Origin: an uncultured Actinomycetes bacterium
GTDB lineage: Bacteria; Actinomycetota; UBA4738; HRBIN12
Direction of reading: 5' to 3'
Assembly: GCA_963810635.1 (NCBI GenBank)
Contig: CAWEOB010000008.1
Span: 181,382 to 245,381, forward strand
DNA: 64,000 nucleotides
Part shown: one piece after another, positions 40,369-52,130 of the stretch
How positions within the stretch are numbered: position 1 is the first letter of the stretch
How the letters are laid out: the number at the start of each line of letters is the position of its first letter
Notes under the pieces: model-generated
The model's database searches: none
What the model was told of the DNA's origin: nothing
Seen by the model: only the letters and a program-made list of their open reading frames with translations
Position numbers and translations under genes: made by a program

Positions 40369-43300
40369 GTGACCAGCTGCCCGGCCTGCGGATCGGCCAT
40401 CGAGGACGGCGCCCGGTTCTGTCCCTCGTGCGGCGCATCGCTCACGACGCGGTGTGCCACGTGCGGCGCCGACCTGCCCGAGGGAGCGCGTTTCTGCTCG
40501 GCCTGCGGGACGGCCGTTCCCGACGCGGCGCCGACGCCCTCCGGTGACGAGCGCAAGCTCGTCACCATCCTGTTCGCCGACGTCACCGGGTCCACGGCCC
40601 TCGGCGAGCGGCTCGACCCCGAGCGGTTCCGCGAGGTGATGTCCGCCTTCGCCTCGGCGATGCGCGAGGAGATCGAGGCCGAGGGCGGCACCGTCGAGAA
40701 ATTCATCGGCGACGCCGTCATGGCCGCGTTCGGCGTGCCGGTCGCTCACGAGGACGACCCCGCTCGCGCGTGCCGGGCGGCCCTGCGCATGCTCGAACGT
40801 TTGGAGCGCCTGAACGAGGAGCTCGCCGCCACCCACGACGTCCGCCTGCAGATGCGGGTCGGCGTCAACACCGGCGAGGTCCTCGCGGCGACCGCGCCGC
40901 GCCCGGGGGAAGCCATGGCGACCGGCGACGCGGTCAACGCTGCCGCCCGGCTGCAGTCCGCCGCCGAGCCGGGACGCGTGCTGGTCGGCGAGCGGACCGC
41001 CGCATCGGCCAGGGGCTTCCTCTTCGGTGCAGCCGTTGCGCTCGACGTGAAAGGGAAGCGCGACGCGGTCCTCGCGCGAGCGCTGCTCGGCCCCGGCGAC
41101 GGTGGCGAGGTCGCCGTCCGCGGCGTGCCGGGGCTCCGAGCGCCGATGGTCGGACGCGACCAAGAGCTGCTGCTGCTGCAGACGGTCCTCGCTCGCGTCG
41201 CCACCGAGGCGCGTCCGCACCTCGTGACGATCTACGGCGACGCCGGGGTCGGCAAGAGCCGGCTCACGTGGGAGTTCGCACGATGGGCCGAACAGCAGGA
41301 GCCACCGACCCAGGTCGTGCGCGGTCGGTGCCTCCCGTACGGGGAGGGTGTGACGTATTGGCCGCTCGCGGAAGATCCTGAAGGCCCACGCGGGGGTCCT
41401 CGACTCGGACCCCTCGGAGCTCGTCTTGGAGAAGATCCGGAAGGCGGGGAAGGAGCTCTTCACCGCCGAGGTCGTCGCCGACCCGGCGCGCGCGACGGCG
41501 GCGCTCGCGTACGCCGTCGGGATCGTGGATCCTCGATCCGGTTCCAGGACCTGGAACCGCGGCAGGTGCGCACGGAGCTCCACCAAGCCTGGAGCTCATT
41601 CTTCTCGGGGCTCGCCGCCGACGGCACCGTGGCCGTCGTGATCGAGGACATCCACTGGGCAGATCCTGCGCTCCTCGATCTCCTCGAGGAGGTCGCGGAC
41701 CGCGCCATCGGCCCCATCCTGTTCCTCTGTCCCGCGCGACCCGAGCTGACAGGCTCGCGCCCGACCTGGGGCGGCGGGCGCCGGAACGTGTCGTCGCTCG
41801 CCCTCGACCCGCTCACGAACGAACAGGCGGGCGAGCTCGTCGGCCTGCTGCTGACCATCGACGACCTGCCCCGATCGGTGCACGCGAGCATCCTCGAGCG
41901 TGCCGAGGGCAACCCGTTCTTCCTCGAAGAGATCATCCGCCACCTGATCGACGATGGGAGCATCGTGCGTTCCGGCGACCGATGGCGTGCCACCAGGGGC
42001 ATCGAGGACGTGCACATTCCGGACACCGTGCAAGGCGTCCTCGCGGCGCGGATCGATCTCCTCGACCCCACGGCCAAGCGTGCCTTGCAAGGAGCGGCGG
42101 TGGTCGGCCGCGTCTTCTGGCCCGGTCCGGTCCGCCAGCTCCTGAACGGTGACGCGGCCGAGCTCGACGCGACGCTCACGGTCCTGCGCGATCGCGAGCT
42201 GGTCCTCCCCAGGCTCGGCTCAGCGATCGCCGGTGAGCAGGAGTACATCTTCAAGCACGTCCTCACGCGTGACGTGGCCTACGAGGGGCTCCCGCGCCGC
42301 GAACGTGCGGATGCGCACGCGAGCGTCGCCGGCTGGCTCGAGGAGACGGTGGGCGCGCGGTCGGGCGAGTTCGCCGAGCTGCTCGCCTACCACCTCGCCA
42401 CGGCCGTCACCGCCACACGTGAGGCGGGTGATGAGCCGAGCCGGCCGCTGTGTGCTTCGGCGCACCGGTGGCTCCTCCATGCCTCCGCGGATGCACGGTC
42501 GCGACTGGTGACGAAGAAGGCCCAGCGCTTGGCCGAGGAAGCGCTCCAGCTCGCGGCAGACGATCTCGAGCGGACCGACGCGCTCGAAGCACTCGCGGAG
42601 GCGTACTTCATCGATTACTCGGGGCACGCCGCGTACCGATACTTCCGCGAGGCAGCCTTCCTCCGGGCGGCCGCGGAGCCCGCAGATGCCGCCCGCGTCA
42701 CCTATCTGGCGGCGCGGGCCTGCGACGTACCCCAGCGGTGGCCCGGTTCCATGTCGAGCGAGCTTCCGCCCGAGGCGGAGGTCCGTGAGCTCTACGACCT
42801 CGGGCGCTCGGTGCTCCCCGACGGAGACTCCGAGGCCCGCGTCCGGCTCCTCGCGATCGGCGCGGGCTGGTCGTTCGCGTATCCGGACCCCGCGTCATCC
42901 GAGGAGGACCTCGCGGCCATGGAAGCGGACGGGGTCGAGGCCGCCGAGATGGCACTGCGGCTGGGGTTGCCCAACCTCGCCTCGGCGGCGCTCGACACCG
43001 CGAACGCTGCGTGGGTCTCCCGGGGGTGGTACGGGAGGGCATGGCCCCTGTTGGAGCGGCGTGCCGAGGTGCTCCCCCAGGTGACCGAGATCCTCGAGAT
43101 CGGCGACTTCTACTCGACGGGCGGGTGGGAGGCCTACGAGCTCGGCCGCTACGCCGACGCCCTGCGCAGCGTGGAGACGGGGCTGGAGCTCGTCGCGGGT
43201 CGCGGGCCGAACGTGGAGCTGCACAACCGCTCGTGGCGAGCCGCCGCCCTCTACCGGCTCGGTGGGTGGGATGAGGTCCTCGCCGAGTTCCGAGCGATCG

Positions 43301-43947
43301 ATGCCTTGCTGGACGAGGATCGGCGTGCGAGCCCGCCCTACTTCGTTGCCCATGCGTTCGCACTCGTCGGGACCATCCACGAGGCTCGCGGGGACCGCAT
43401 CGAGAGCGACCGGGCGGCGGCGCTGCTGACCTCCCTCGCGACCTCCTTCGCCGGCCGCCTCCACCCCTTCCTGGTCCGCTTCCTCGTGGAACGTGGCGAG
43501 CTCGACCTCGCGCGCTCCCGGCCGCGACCCGTGAACTGGCGGGTGCACGCGGCGGACGCCTACGAGGCCGCCGCGGAGCTCCTGGTGGCGGAGGAACGGT
43601 GGGTCGACGCACCGGAGCTCCTCGCCGAGATGCGGGAGCACGCGCGGGTCGCACCGGCGCCGTCGGTCCTCGCCTTCGCCGACCGGCTCGAGGGGCGGGC
43701 GGCGCTCGCGGCCGGTGACCCTGCGCGGGCGGTCGAGCTCCTCACGGCCGCGAGCGCCGGGTTCACCGACCTCCAGACACCCTGGGAACGCGCCCTCACC
43801 GACCTGGATCTCGCTCGCGCCGCGCACCGGGCAGGGCGTGACGAAGAGTCGCGCGCGACCCTCGACCGCGCGCTCGCGACGTTCGAAGAGCTCCGCGCGG
43901 CACGCGACGTGGAACGTGCGAGAACCGTACGAGCCGAGCTCGGCTGA
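40369..43947 (+). CDS. Zinc-ribbon / class III adenylate-guanylate cyclase / AAA (STAND) ATPase / helical-repeat signalling protein
   Basis: Double zinc ribbon CPACG...CPSCG...CATCG...CSACG. Cyclase motifs VTILFADVTGST, KFIGDAVMAAFG, RVGVNTGEV. Walker A GDAGVGKSRL. HWADPALLDLL, followed by a long TPR-like helical C-terminus. An internal out-of-frame stretch lies between about 41371 and 41540 (see findings). Confidence 0.8.
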   Translation: MTSCPACGSAIEDGARFCPSCGASLTTRCATCGADLPEGARFCSACGTAVPDAAPTPSGDERKLVTILFADVTGSTALGERLDPERFREVMSAFASAMREEIEAEGGTVEKFIGDAVMAAFGVPVAHEDDPARACRAALRMLERLERLNEELAATHDVRLQMRVGVNTGEVLAATAPRPGEAMATGDAVNAAARLQSAAEPGRVLVGERTAASARGFLFGAAVALDVKGKRDAVLARALLGPGDGGEVAVRGVPGLRAPMVGRDQELLLLQTVLARVATEARPHLVTIYGDAGVGKSRLTWEFARWAEQQEPPTQVVRGRCLPYGEGVTYWPLAEDPEGPRGGPRLGPLGARLGEDPEGGEGALHRRGRRRPGARDGGARVRRRDRGSSIRFQDLEPRQVRTELHQAWSSFFSGLAADGTVAVVIEDIHWADPALLDLLEEVADRAIGPILFLCPARPELTGSRPTWGGGRRNVSSLALDPLTNEQAGELVGLLLTIDDLPRSVHASILERAEGNPFFLEEIIRHLIDDGSIVRSGDRWRATRGIEDVHIPDTVQGVLAARIDLLDPTAKRALQGAAVVGRVFWPGPVRQLLNGDAAELDATLTVLRDRELVLPRLGSAIAGEQEYIFKHVLTRDVAYEGLPRRERADAHASVAGWLEETVGARSGEFAELLAYHLATAVTATREAGDEPSRPLCASAHRWLLHASADARSRLVTKKAQRLAEEALQLAADDLERTDALEALAEAYFIDYSGHAAYRYFREAAFLRAAAEPADAARVTYLAARACDVPQRWPGSMSSELPPEAEVRELYDLGRSVLPDGDSEARVRLLAIGAGWSFAYPDPASSEEDLAAMEADGVEAAEMALRLGLPNLASAALDTANAAWVSRGWYGRAWPLLERRAEVLPQVTEILEIGDFYSTGGWEAYELGRYADALRSVETGLELVAGRGPNVELHNRSWRAAALYRLGGWDEVLAEFRAIDALLDEDRRASPPYFVAHAFALVGTIHEARGDRIESDRAAALLTSLATSFAGRLHPFLVRFLVERGELDLARSRPRPVNWRVHAADAYEAAAELLVAEERWVDAPELLAEMREHARVAPAPSVLAFADRLEGRAALAAGDPARAVELLTAASAGFTDLQTPWERALTDLDLARAAHRAGRDEESRATLDRALATFEELRAARDVERARTVRAELG

Positions 43948-43956
43948 GCTCGACGA

Positions 43957-44763
43957 TCAGGAACCGTCGAAGACGAAGAGGTCCGCGCCGTCCACATCTT
44001 GCAACGTCAGCTGGTTCCCGGCGATCTCGTACGAGTCGGTGGCTTCCAGCGACGCGCTGTACGCCTGCTCCTGCTCATCGATGTCGGTCCCGCACGTCAT
44101 CATCGTCGAGGAGATCGACGACAAGGTGATCGAGCTGCCGTCCAGGGCGTACGAGCCGTTCATCTGGTTGCACCCGCCGTTGGCCGTGAAGGTCTCGTCG
44201 TCGGCCAGGACCAGCGTGAGCTCGGTGCCGGCCAGGACGGAGCCGACCACGTCCGACCCCGGGACCGCGATGGTGGTGAGCGTCCAGGTGGTCCCCACCA
44301 GGGGCAGGTCCTCGGCTTCCGGCTCCTCTGCGAACGTGAGGTCGGTGTCACCCCCCGAGAGGGTGAGCGAGCCATCGCTCACGGCGTAGGTGGTCACGTC
44401 GCCGAGCGCCGTCAGGTACGCGGTCTCGAGCGCCATCAGCGCGTCCTTGCACGCCATCTGCGTCACGGCGAAGTCGCCCAGGGTGAGCGAGCTCCCGTCG
44501 GTCTCGTACCCGCCGCTGTAGGTGTTGCACGCGGCGCTCCCGGCCGCCTGCCCCGCCTCGAACGTCAGGTCGACGCGTGCACCGTCGGGCACCTGGCCCA
44601 CGAGCGCCTCGATGGATGCATCGCTCAGGACCCACGTCACACCTTCGAGCGAGCCGCCGGCGCCGGAGCCGCCGGGGTTCTCGGTCGGGTTGTCCTCGCC
44701 ACAGGCGACGAGGACGATCAGCGCCAGCGAGAGGGACAGGATCGCGGTCCGCTTGATCGTCAT
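43957..44763 (-). CDS. Lipoprotein with two META (HslJ-like) domains
   Basis: Lipobox LIVLVAC. The two halves each contain the GS-AACN / GGCNQMNGSY motif and ...LTLS.. ...C... patterns typical of META domains. Confidence 0.7.
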   Translation of the reverse strand: MTIKRTAILSLSLALIVLVACGEDNPTENPGGSGAGGSLEGVTWVLSDASIEALVGQVPDGARVDLTFEAGQAAGSAACNTYSGGYETDGSSLTLGDFAVTQMACKDALMALETAYLTALGDVTTYAVSDGSLTLSGGDTDLTFAEEPEAEDLPLVGTTWTLTTIAVPGSDVVGSVLAGTELTLVLADDETFTANGGCNQMNGSYALDGSSITLSSISSTMMTCGTDIDEQEQAYSASLEATDSYEIAGNQLTLQDVDGADLFVFDGS

Positions 44764-44770
44764 GCGGCGG

Positions 44771-46046
<1,276 letters not shown>

Positions 46047-46069
46047 CTACCCCGTTCCTCTCCGAGACG

Positions 46070-46095
46070 CGACCGGGCCCTCATGAGCCCGGTCG
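46070..46095 (-). promoter_or_regulatory. 8-bp stem / 10-nt loop hairpin in the clpP-clpX intercistronic spacer
   Basis: cgaccggg-ccctcatgag-cccggtcg, read directly. Its role as an attenuator or processing site is inferred only. Confidence 0.3.
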
Positions 46096-46129
46096 TGTGT
46101 CGGGGATCATGACGCATCACGCCGGATTA

Positions 46130-46771
46130 TCAACTCCCGTTCGGGCTGATGCTAGCCACCTCGGACGTGATCCCGCGAGCGGAGATGATCTCGTCGATGG
46201 CGCCGTACGCCTTGGCCTCGTCGGCCGTCAGGATGAAATCGCGGTCGGTGTCCTTCCCGACCTTCTCCATGGACTGCCCCGTGTGCGTCGCGATGATCTG
46301 ATCGAGCAGGCCCCGCAGGCGGACGATCTCCTTCGCCTGGAGCTCGATGTCGACCGCCTGCCCTTGCGCGCCGCCGTGCGGCTGGTGCAGGAGCACGCGC
46401 GAGTTCGGGAGGGCGTAGCGCTTACCGGGTGCACCCGCCAGGAGGATCACGGCCGCCGCCGAGGCGGCGAGCCCCATGACGAGCGTCGACACGTCGGGCT
46501 TGATGTACTGCATCGTGTCGTAGATCGCGAGGAGCGAGGACACGTCGCCGCCCGGCGAGTTGATGTACAGGTTGATGTCCTTGTCGGGATCCTCGGACTC
46601 CAGGTGCAACAGCTGCGCCATGATCAGGTTGCCGACGTTGTCGTCGATCGGCGTGCCCAGGAACACGATGCGATCCTTGAGCAGGCGGGAGTAGATGTCG
46701 TACCCACGCTCGCCGCGGCTCGTCTGCTCGACCACGGTCGGAACCAGGTAGTTCTTCGCGGGCTGGATCAT
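46130..46771 (-). CDS. clpP: ATP-dependent Clp protease proteolytic subunit
   Basis: [13 protein letters not shown]...INSPGG...GLAASAAA...LLHQP. The ATG overlaps the tig stop. Confidence 0.93.
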   Translation of the reverse strand: MIQPAKNYLVPTVVEQTSRGERGYDIYSRLLKDRIVFLGTPIDDNVGNLIMAQLLHLESEDPDKDINLYINSPGGDVSSLLAIYDTMQYIKPDVSTLVMGLAASAAAVILLAGAPGKRYALPNSRVLLHQPHGGAQGQAVDIELQAKEIVRLRGLLDQIIATHTGQSMEKVGKDTDRDFILTADEAKAYGAIDEIISARGITSEVASISPNGS

Positions 46772-48185
46772 GCGGTCTCCTCTGTCGCCTCCGCGGCCGC
46801 GTCCTCGGTGTCGTCCGCCGCCTCGGGGCTGTCGTCGTTGGTGGTCTCGGTTGCTTCGTCTCCGGTGTCTGCTTCTTCTTCGGCTGCCGGAGCCTCATCG
46901 ATGATCTCGGCATGCTCGACCAAGATGTCGAGGGCCTTGGACCTGATGATATCCCCGGCGAGCGTCACGATCTGACCGCTCTGGTCGAGTTGCGTGGCCA
47001 ATTCCTTCGGGTCGCGGTCGTAGGCCTGTGCGAGGGAACCGATCTCGGCCCCGATCTCCTCCGCGGTGATCTCGATGCTCTCGGCCCTGGCGATCCCTTC
47101 CAGGACCAGGTCCGCCTTGATGCCCCGCACCGCGTGGTCGCGGCTGTCCTCGGCGAGACGATCGCGATCCATCCCTGCAGCTCGAGCATCTGGTCGAGCG
47201 ACATGCCGTAGCGGGCGGCGCGCTCCTCGGCGTGCTGCATCCGGTGGCTGGTCTCGTCGTCGATCAACGAGTCCGGCAGCTCCACGTCGACGCGGTCGAT
47301 CATGGCTTGGAGCGCGCGGTCGCGGATCACGCCCTCGGACTCGCGTTCCTTCGCCTCGTGGATCTTCTCGCGGAGATCGGCGCGGAGCTCGTCGAGCGTG
47401 TCGAACTCGGACGCGGTGGTGGCGAAGTCGTCGTCGGCGACGGGGAGCTTGAGGGCCTTCACGTCCTTCACCAGGACCGTGAAGTGTGCCCCGGCGCCGG
47501 CCAGCTCCTCCGGGAGGGAAGGCGGAAGGGTCCCGTCGAAGTCGAGGATGTCGCCCGGCTTCTTGCCCGGCAGCTGCTGGTCCATGGCCTCGCCGAGCTC
47601 GCCCGAGCCCACGGAGTAGAGGTAGTCCTCGCGGGTGAGCGACTCGAGCTCCTCGCCGTCCTTCGTCACCTTGACGTTCACGGTCACGAAGTCGCTCTCC
47701 TGGACGGGCCGCGTCACCGGCTCGAGTTCGGCGAACTGGCGCCGCAGCCGCTCCTGCCACGCGTCGACCTCGTCGTCGGTGACCTCGACGGCCGGCCGGG
47801 TGACCTGCACGCCCTTGTAGTCGGACTCCGTGAGCTCGAGACGCGGGCGCACCAGGACCGTCGCGGTGAAGATGAAGGGCTTCCCCGGCTCCATCTGCTC
47901 GACGTCCACGTCGGGGTTCCCGATGGGTGCCAGATCTTCCTCGCTCACCGCGGCCCGGAAGTACGTGGGAACGGTGGAGCTCACGAACTCTTCGAGCACC
48001 ACGTCGCGGCCGACCTGCGCATCGATGATGGGCTTGGGGGCCTTGCCCTTGCGGAACCCGGGGAACTTCACCTCATCCGCGATGGCCCGATAGGTCTGGT
48101 CGAGATCGCGCTCGAACTCGTCCGGCGGGACCTCGATGGTGAGCTTGACGGTGTGTTTCTCGGTTTCTTCGACGGTCGTTTGCAT
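46768..48185 (-). CDS. tig: Trigger factor (apparent frameshift at 47171-47176)
   Basis: [20 protein letters not shown]...[10 protein letters not shown] signature. ...LDQMLELQG is followed in the other frame by [28 protein letters not shown]... and an acidic tail. Confidence 0.88.
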
Positions 48186-48233
48186 GGCGTGGGACAAGGC
48201 TACCCGAGGCGACGCCGAGTAGGCTGCCCGGCC

Positions 48234-48998
48234 GTGCACGAGGAGGAGCTCGCCTTCGCGAACGAGACGGCCGACCGTGCCGCCGAGATCGCGCTCGGCC
48301 TGTTCCGGGGTGAGGAGCTCGAGATCCGCCGCAAGGCGGACCTCACGCTCGTCACGCGGGCGGACACCACCATCGAGCGGATGGTGCGGGAACGGCTCGC
48401 GGAGGCCTTCCCCGACGATCGGATCGTCGGGGAAGAGGAGGGCGGTGACCACGACCCGGCGGGGCGCGTGTGGATCGTGGACCCGATCGACGGGACGGCG
48501 GGCTTCGCGCGCGGCGTACCCGTGTGGGCCACCCTGATCGGGCTGCAGGTGGACGGCGTCGGCGTGCTCGGGCTGGCGAACGCACCGGCGCTCGGTGAGC
48601 GCTACGCCGCCGTGCGCGCGCAGGGCGCCACGATGAACGGCGCACCGATCCACGTGAGCCAGGTGGCGACGGTGCAGGAGTCCCACGTCCTGCACGGGGA
48701 GCTCGCCGACCTGCTCCGCGGCCCCTACCGCGAGGCTTCGCTCGCCCTGTTCGACGATGCCTGGCGCAACCGAGCGTTCGGTGACTTCTGGGGGCACATG
48801 CTCGTCGCGCGTGGTGCCGCGGAGCTGATGATCGAGCCCGAGCTCTCCCTCTGGGACTTCGCCGCGATCCAGGTGATCGTCGAGGAGGCGGGTGGGCGCA
48901 CGTCGACGTTCGAGGGCACGCCCCTGGTCCACGGCGGCTCGATGCTCACCTCGAACGGCGTGCTGCACGACGAGGTGCTCCGGCGGCTCGCCGGCTGA
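48234..48998 (+). CDS. Inositol monophosphatase family protein (HisN-like histidinol-phosphatase candidate)
   Basis: VWIVDPIDGT and the SLWDFAA motif. GTG 48234 chosen as start. Substrate cannot be assigned from sequence alone. Confidence 0.7.
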   Translation: MHEEELAFANETADRAAEIALGLFRGEELEIRRKADLTLVTRADTTIERMVRERLAEAFPDDRIVGEEEGGDHDPAGRVWIVDPIDGTAGFARGVPVWATLIGLQVDGVGVLGLANAPALGERYAAVRAQGATMNGAPIHVSQVATVQESHVLHGELADLLRGPYREASLALFDDAWRNRAFGDFWGHMLVARGAAELMIEPELSLWDFAAIQVIVEEAGGRTSTFEGTPLVHGGSMLTSNGVLHDEVLRRLAG

Positions 48999-49994
48999 GC
49001 CCGGCGCGCTTCGTCGCCTCGCGGATCAACACCTCGATGACGGTGCCGCGGTCGCCGGCGCGCGCCAGCGCGGCGGCGGCTGCGGCGACGTCCTGCACGC
49101 CGACGCCGGTGAGATCGCACACGGTGAGCTGCTCCGGGGCGCTCCGCCCCGGAGCAGCGGCAGCACAGACGGCCCCGAGCTCGACGGCCCGGCCGGCCTC
49201 CTCCGGCGCGTGTTGCAGTTCCCCCAGCCGGAGGCACTGATCCTTCGCGTCCACCACGAGCACGTCGGCCCGCTGCAGGATCTCGGGATCGAGCTCCTGC
49301 TTGCCCGGGCCGTCGGAGCCGACGGCCGTGACGTGGGTCCCGGGCGCGAGCCACCCGGCCCGGACGAGCGGCTCGCGGGAGGCCGTACAGGTGACGACGA
49401 CGTCGGCACCGCGCACGGTCTCCTCCACCGTCCCGACCGGGATCCCGCGCACGGCGGCCGCAGCCGCGGCCGCCTTCGCGGGATCCTCCCCCACACCCGC
49501 ACCTCGGCCACCGACGGCCGCACCACCCGCAACGCCTCCACCTGCCGGCGTGCCTGGATCCCCGTGCCGAGCACGGCGACCACGGCGGCATCCTCGCGGG
49601 CGAGGTGGCGTGCCGCCACCCCGCCCGCCGCCCCCGTCCGGAGGTCCGTGAGGTACCCGCCATCCAGGAGGACGGCGAGCGGGGCGCCGGTGGCCGCGTC
49701 GAACACCACCACGAGCCCATCGATGGCGGGCGGCTCCTGCCGGGAGAAGCCGCTCGCCACCTTCACCGCGTACACGTCGCCGCCATGCAGGTAGCCCGCC
49801 TTCACGTGGATCTCACCGTTCGACTCCGGGACGTCGAGGTGGATCACGCCGGGGAGCTCGGCGCGCCCGGTCGCGTAGGCCACGAATGCGGCCTCGACCA
49901 CGTCGATGCACGCCGCCATGTCGAGCGCGGCCTCGACATCCGCTCGACCGAGGATCCGTACCGTCCTCACGGCGCGGAGCCTCCCGCGGATCAC
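48946..49994 (-). CDS. Ornithine cyclodeaminase / mu-crystallin family protein (apparent frameshift at the C5 run 49488-49492)
   Basis: ...GYLTDLRTGAAGGVAARHLA...VLGTGIQARRQ (Rossmann)...EVRVWG, then in the other frame EDPAKAAAAA...VVVTCTASREPLV...GTHVTAVGSD. Confidence 0.7.
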
Positions 49995-50164
49995 TCGGAA
50001 CGGTCAACCCGGGTCGATCAAGCTCACGCGCGAGATCCACGGAGCCGGCACGATCGCGCTCGGGCTCCGGCCACTCGGGTTGAGGACCATCGGCCAGGAG
50101 GGGTAGCGTCGTTCCTGTCCCCCCGTCGGGCACGTCGAGACGAAGACCAGAGGAGCGTCCGATC

Positions 50165-51487
50165 ATGGCGAAGATCGATCGGTTCGAGATGGAGCGCTAC
50201 CAGTCGCTCCATTGGCACGAGGTCGAGCACGACCTGTCGGAATCGGGCGTCTCCCCGCTCACGGTCCGCGAGTTGCTGGGCCCCTACGCGGACGCCGAGA
50301 TCTTCATGCAGACGGCCCTCGGCTACCCGCTGTCGGAGGGATCGTCCGAGGCCCGCCACCACATCGCCGAGTGGTACCCCGACGCCGGTCCCGAGAACGT
50401 GACCGTGATGAACGGCGGCTCCGAGGCGAACCTCCTCGCCCTGTGGTCGCTCCTCGGCTCCGGCGACCGCCTCGCGTTCTTGATCCCGAACTACCTGCAG
50501 GGTCTCGGCCTCGGGCCCGTCTTCGGCAAGGGCGTCGACACGTTCCGGCTCCGTGTGCAGGACGGCCGGTGGGCGCTCGACCTCGAGAGCCTCGAGCGGG
50601 CCGTCGGCCCGAAGACGAAGGTCGTGATGGTCTGCAACCCCAACAACCCAACCGGCGCCGTCCTCACCGAGGCCGAGATGGACGCGGTGATCCAGGTGGC
50701 GGCGCGTCGCGGCGCCTGGATCGTGGCCGACGAGATCTACCGGGGCGCCGAGGTGGACAGCGACATCACCAGCCCCACGTTCTGGGGCCGCTACGACAAG
50801 GTGGTCATCACGAGCGGGCTGTCGAAGGCCTTCGGGATGCCGGGGCTCCGTGTCGGGTGGGCCGTCAGCACGCCGAAGTTGATCGCGAGGATCTGGGACC
50901 GGCACGACTACACCACCCTCACGCCCGGCATGATCAGCGACAAGCTGGCGGCGTTCACGATGCACCCCGACGTCCGCGAGAACGTCTTCGCGCGGACGCG
51001 CGGGATCATCCGGGCCAACCTGCCGCGGCTCGAGGACTGGATCGCCCAGCACCCGTACTTCGACTACGTGCGCCCCGTGGCGGGGGCCATCGCCTACGTG
51101 AAGTACCGGCTGCCGATCCGCTCCTCCGACCTGGTCGAGCGGATCCGCGAGGAGCAGAGCGTCCTGCTCGTGCCCGGCGACATGTTCGGTCTGAAGAAGG
51201 GCATCCGGATCGGCTTCGGCTACGACATCGAGGCCGCGCTCCGGGGGCTGGCCCGGGTCGACGCGACGCTCGGCGCGATCGCCGCCGAGGCCGGGGTCGG
51301 CACCCCAGAGGATGCGGAGCCTCCGTCGGCCGAGATGCCGTTCATCGCGGCCGTGCCCGAGCCAGCCCCGATCGAGGAGCCCGAGCAGATGGTGGAGATC
51401 CCGCCGGCGACGAGCGACGACGAGCCGATCCTCGTCGATGAACCGGACGCGATGGCGGAGCCGGCTCCTCTCGACCGTCAAGGTTGA
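50165..51487 (+). CDS. Class I/II PLP-dependent aminotransferase with an acidic, Pro-rich C-terminal tail
   Basis: ...NPNNPTGAV...DEIYRG...SGLSKAFGMPGLRVGW (Lys). Confidence 0.8.
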   Translation: MAKIDRFEMERYQSLHWHEVEHDLSESGVSPLTVRELLGPYADAEIFMQTALGYPLSEGSSEARHHIAEWYPDAGPENVTVMNGGSEANLLALWSLLGSGDRLAFLIPNYLQGLGLGPVFGKGVDTFRLRVQDGRWALDLESLERAVGPKTKVVMVCNPNNPTGAVLTEAEMDAVIQVAARRGAWIVADEIYRGAEVDSDITSPTFWGRYDKVVITSGLSKAFGMPGLRVGWAVSTPKLIARIWDRHDYTTLTPGMISDKLAAFTMHPDVRENVFARTRGIIRANLPRLEDWIAQHPYFDYVRPVAGAIAYVKYRLPIRSSDLVERIREEQSVLLVPGDMFGLKKGIRIGFGYDIEAALRGLARVDATLGAIAAEAGVGTPEDAEPPSAEMPFIAAVPEPAPIEEPEQMVEIPPATSDDEPILVDEPDAMAEPAPLDRQG

Positions 51488-52083
51488 ACGTGGGCGGCGC
51501 GCCCACCCGCTGCGCGTGGGCGCCGCTCGCCGACCCGCTCTACCTCGCGTACCACGACGAGGAGTGGGGCGTCCCCGTCCACGACGACCGGCACCTCTTC
51601 GAGATGCTCGTGCTCGAGGGTGCGCAAGCAGGGCTGTCCTGGTCGACGATCCTGCACAAGCGCGAGGGCTACCGGAAGGCGTTCGACGGCTTCGATCCCG
51701 CGAAGGTCGCTCGCTTCACACCCGCCCGCGTCGAGCGTCTCCTGCAGGATCCCGGCATCGTCCGGAACCGGCTCAAGGTGGAGTCCGCGGTGCAGAGCGC
51801 ACGCGCCACGCAGGAGGTGCAGCGTGAGTTCGGCTCGCTCGACGCCTATCTGTGGACGTTCACGGGTGGCACGCCGTCGGTGAACCGCTGGCGCCGGATG
51901 GAGGACATCCCCGCCGAGACGGACGCCTCGCGCGCGATGTCGAAAGACCTGAAGCGTCGCGGGTTCCGGTTCGTCGGGCCCACGGTCTGCTACGCGTTCA
52001 TGCAAGCGACCGGCATGGTCAGCGACCACGTGACGTCGTGCTTCCGCTACGCCGAACTCCTCGGAGCGGTCCTCGACGGGTGA
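51484..52083 (+). CDS. tag: DNA-3-methyladenine glycosylase I
   Basis: YHDEEWGVPVHDDRHLFEMLVLEGAQAGLSWSTIL... Confidence 0.85.
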   Translation: MNVGGAPTRCAWAPLADPLYLAYHDEEWGVPVHDDRHLFEMLVLEGAQAGLSWSTILHKREGYRKAFDGFDPAKVARFTPARVERLLQDPGIVRNRLKVESAVQSARATQEVQREFGSLDAYLWTFTGGTPSVNRWRRMEDIPAETDASRAMSKDLKRRGFRFVGPTVCYAFMQATGMVSDHVTSCFRYAELLGAVLDG

Positions 52084-52085
52084 CC

Positions 52086-52115
52086 CGGACCACCAAGAGT
52101 CGCCCCGGTGGTCCG
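52086..52115. terminator. 9-bp stem / 12-nt loop hairpin between convergent tag and SRPBCC genes
   Basis: cggaccacc-aagagtcgcccc-ggtggtccg, read directly. Confidence 0.35.
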
Positions 52116-52130
52116 TCATACCAAGCCCGC

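Noticed and set aside
40369-43947. The cyclase protein as an anti-phage signalling system (Pycsar- or CBASS-like).
   Set aside because: The cyclase is embedded in a giant single polypeptide with STAND ATPase and helical repeats, like housekeeping-type actinobacterial regulators. No small effector gene (TM, TIR, nuclease or phospholipase) is adjacent. The neighbours are a META lipoprotein and HdeD-like membrane proteins in other orientations.
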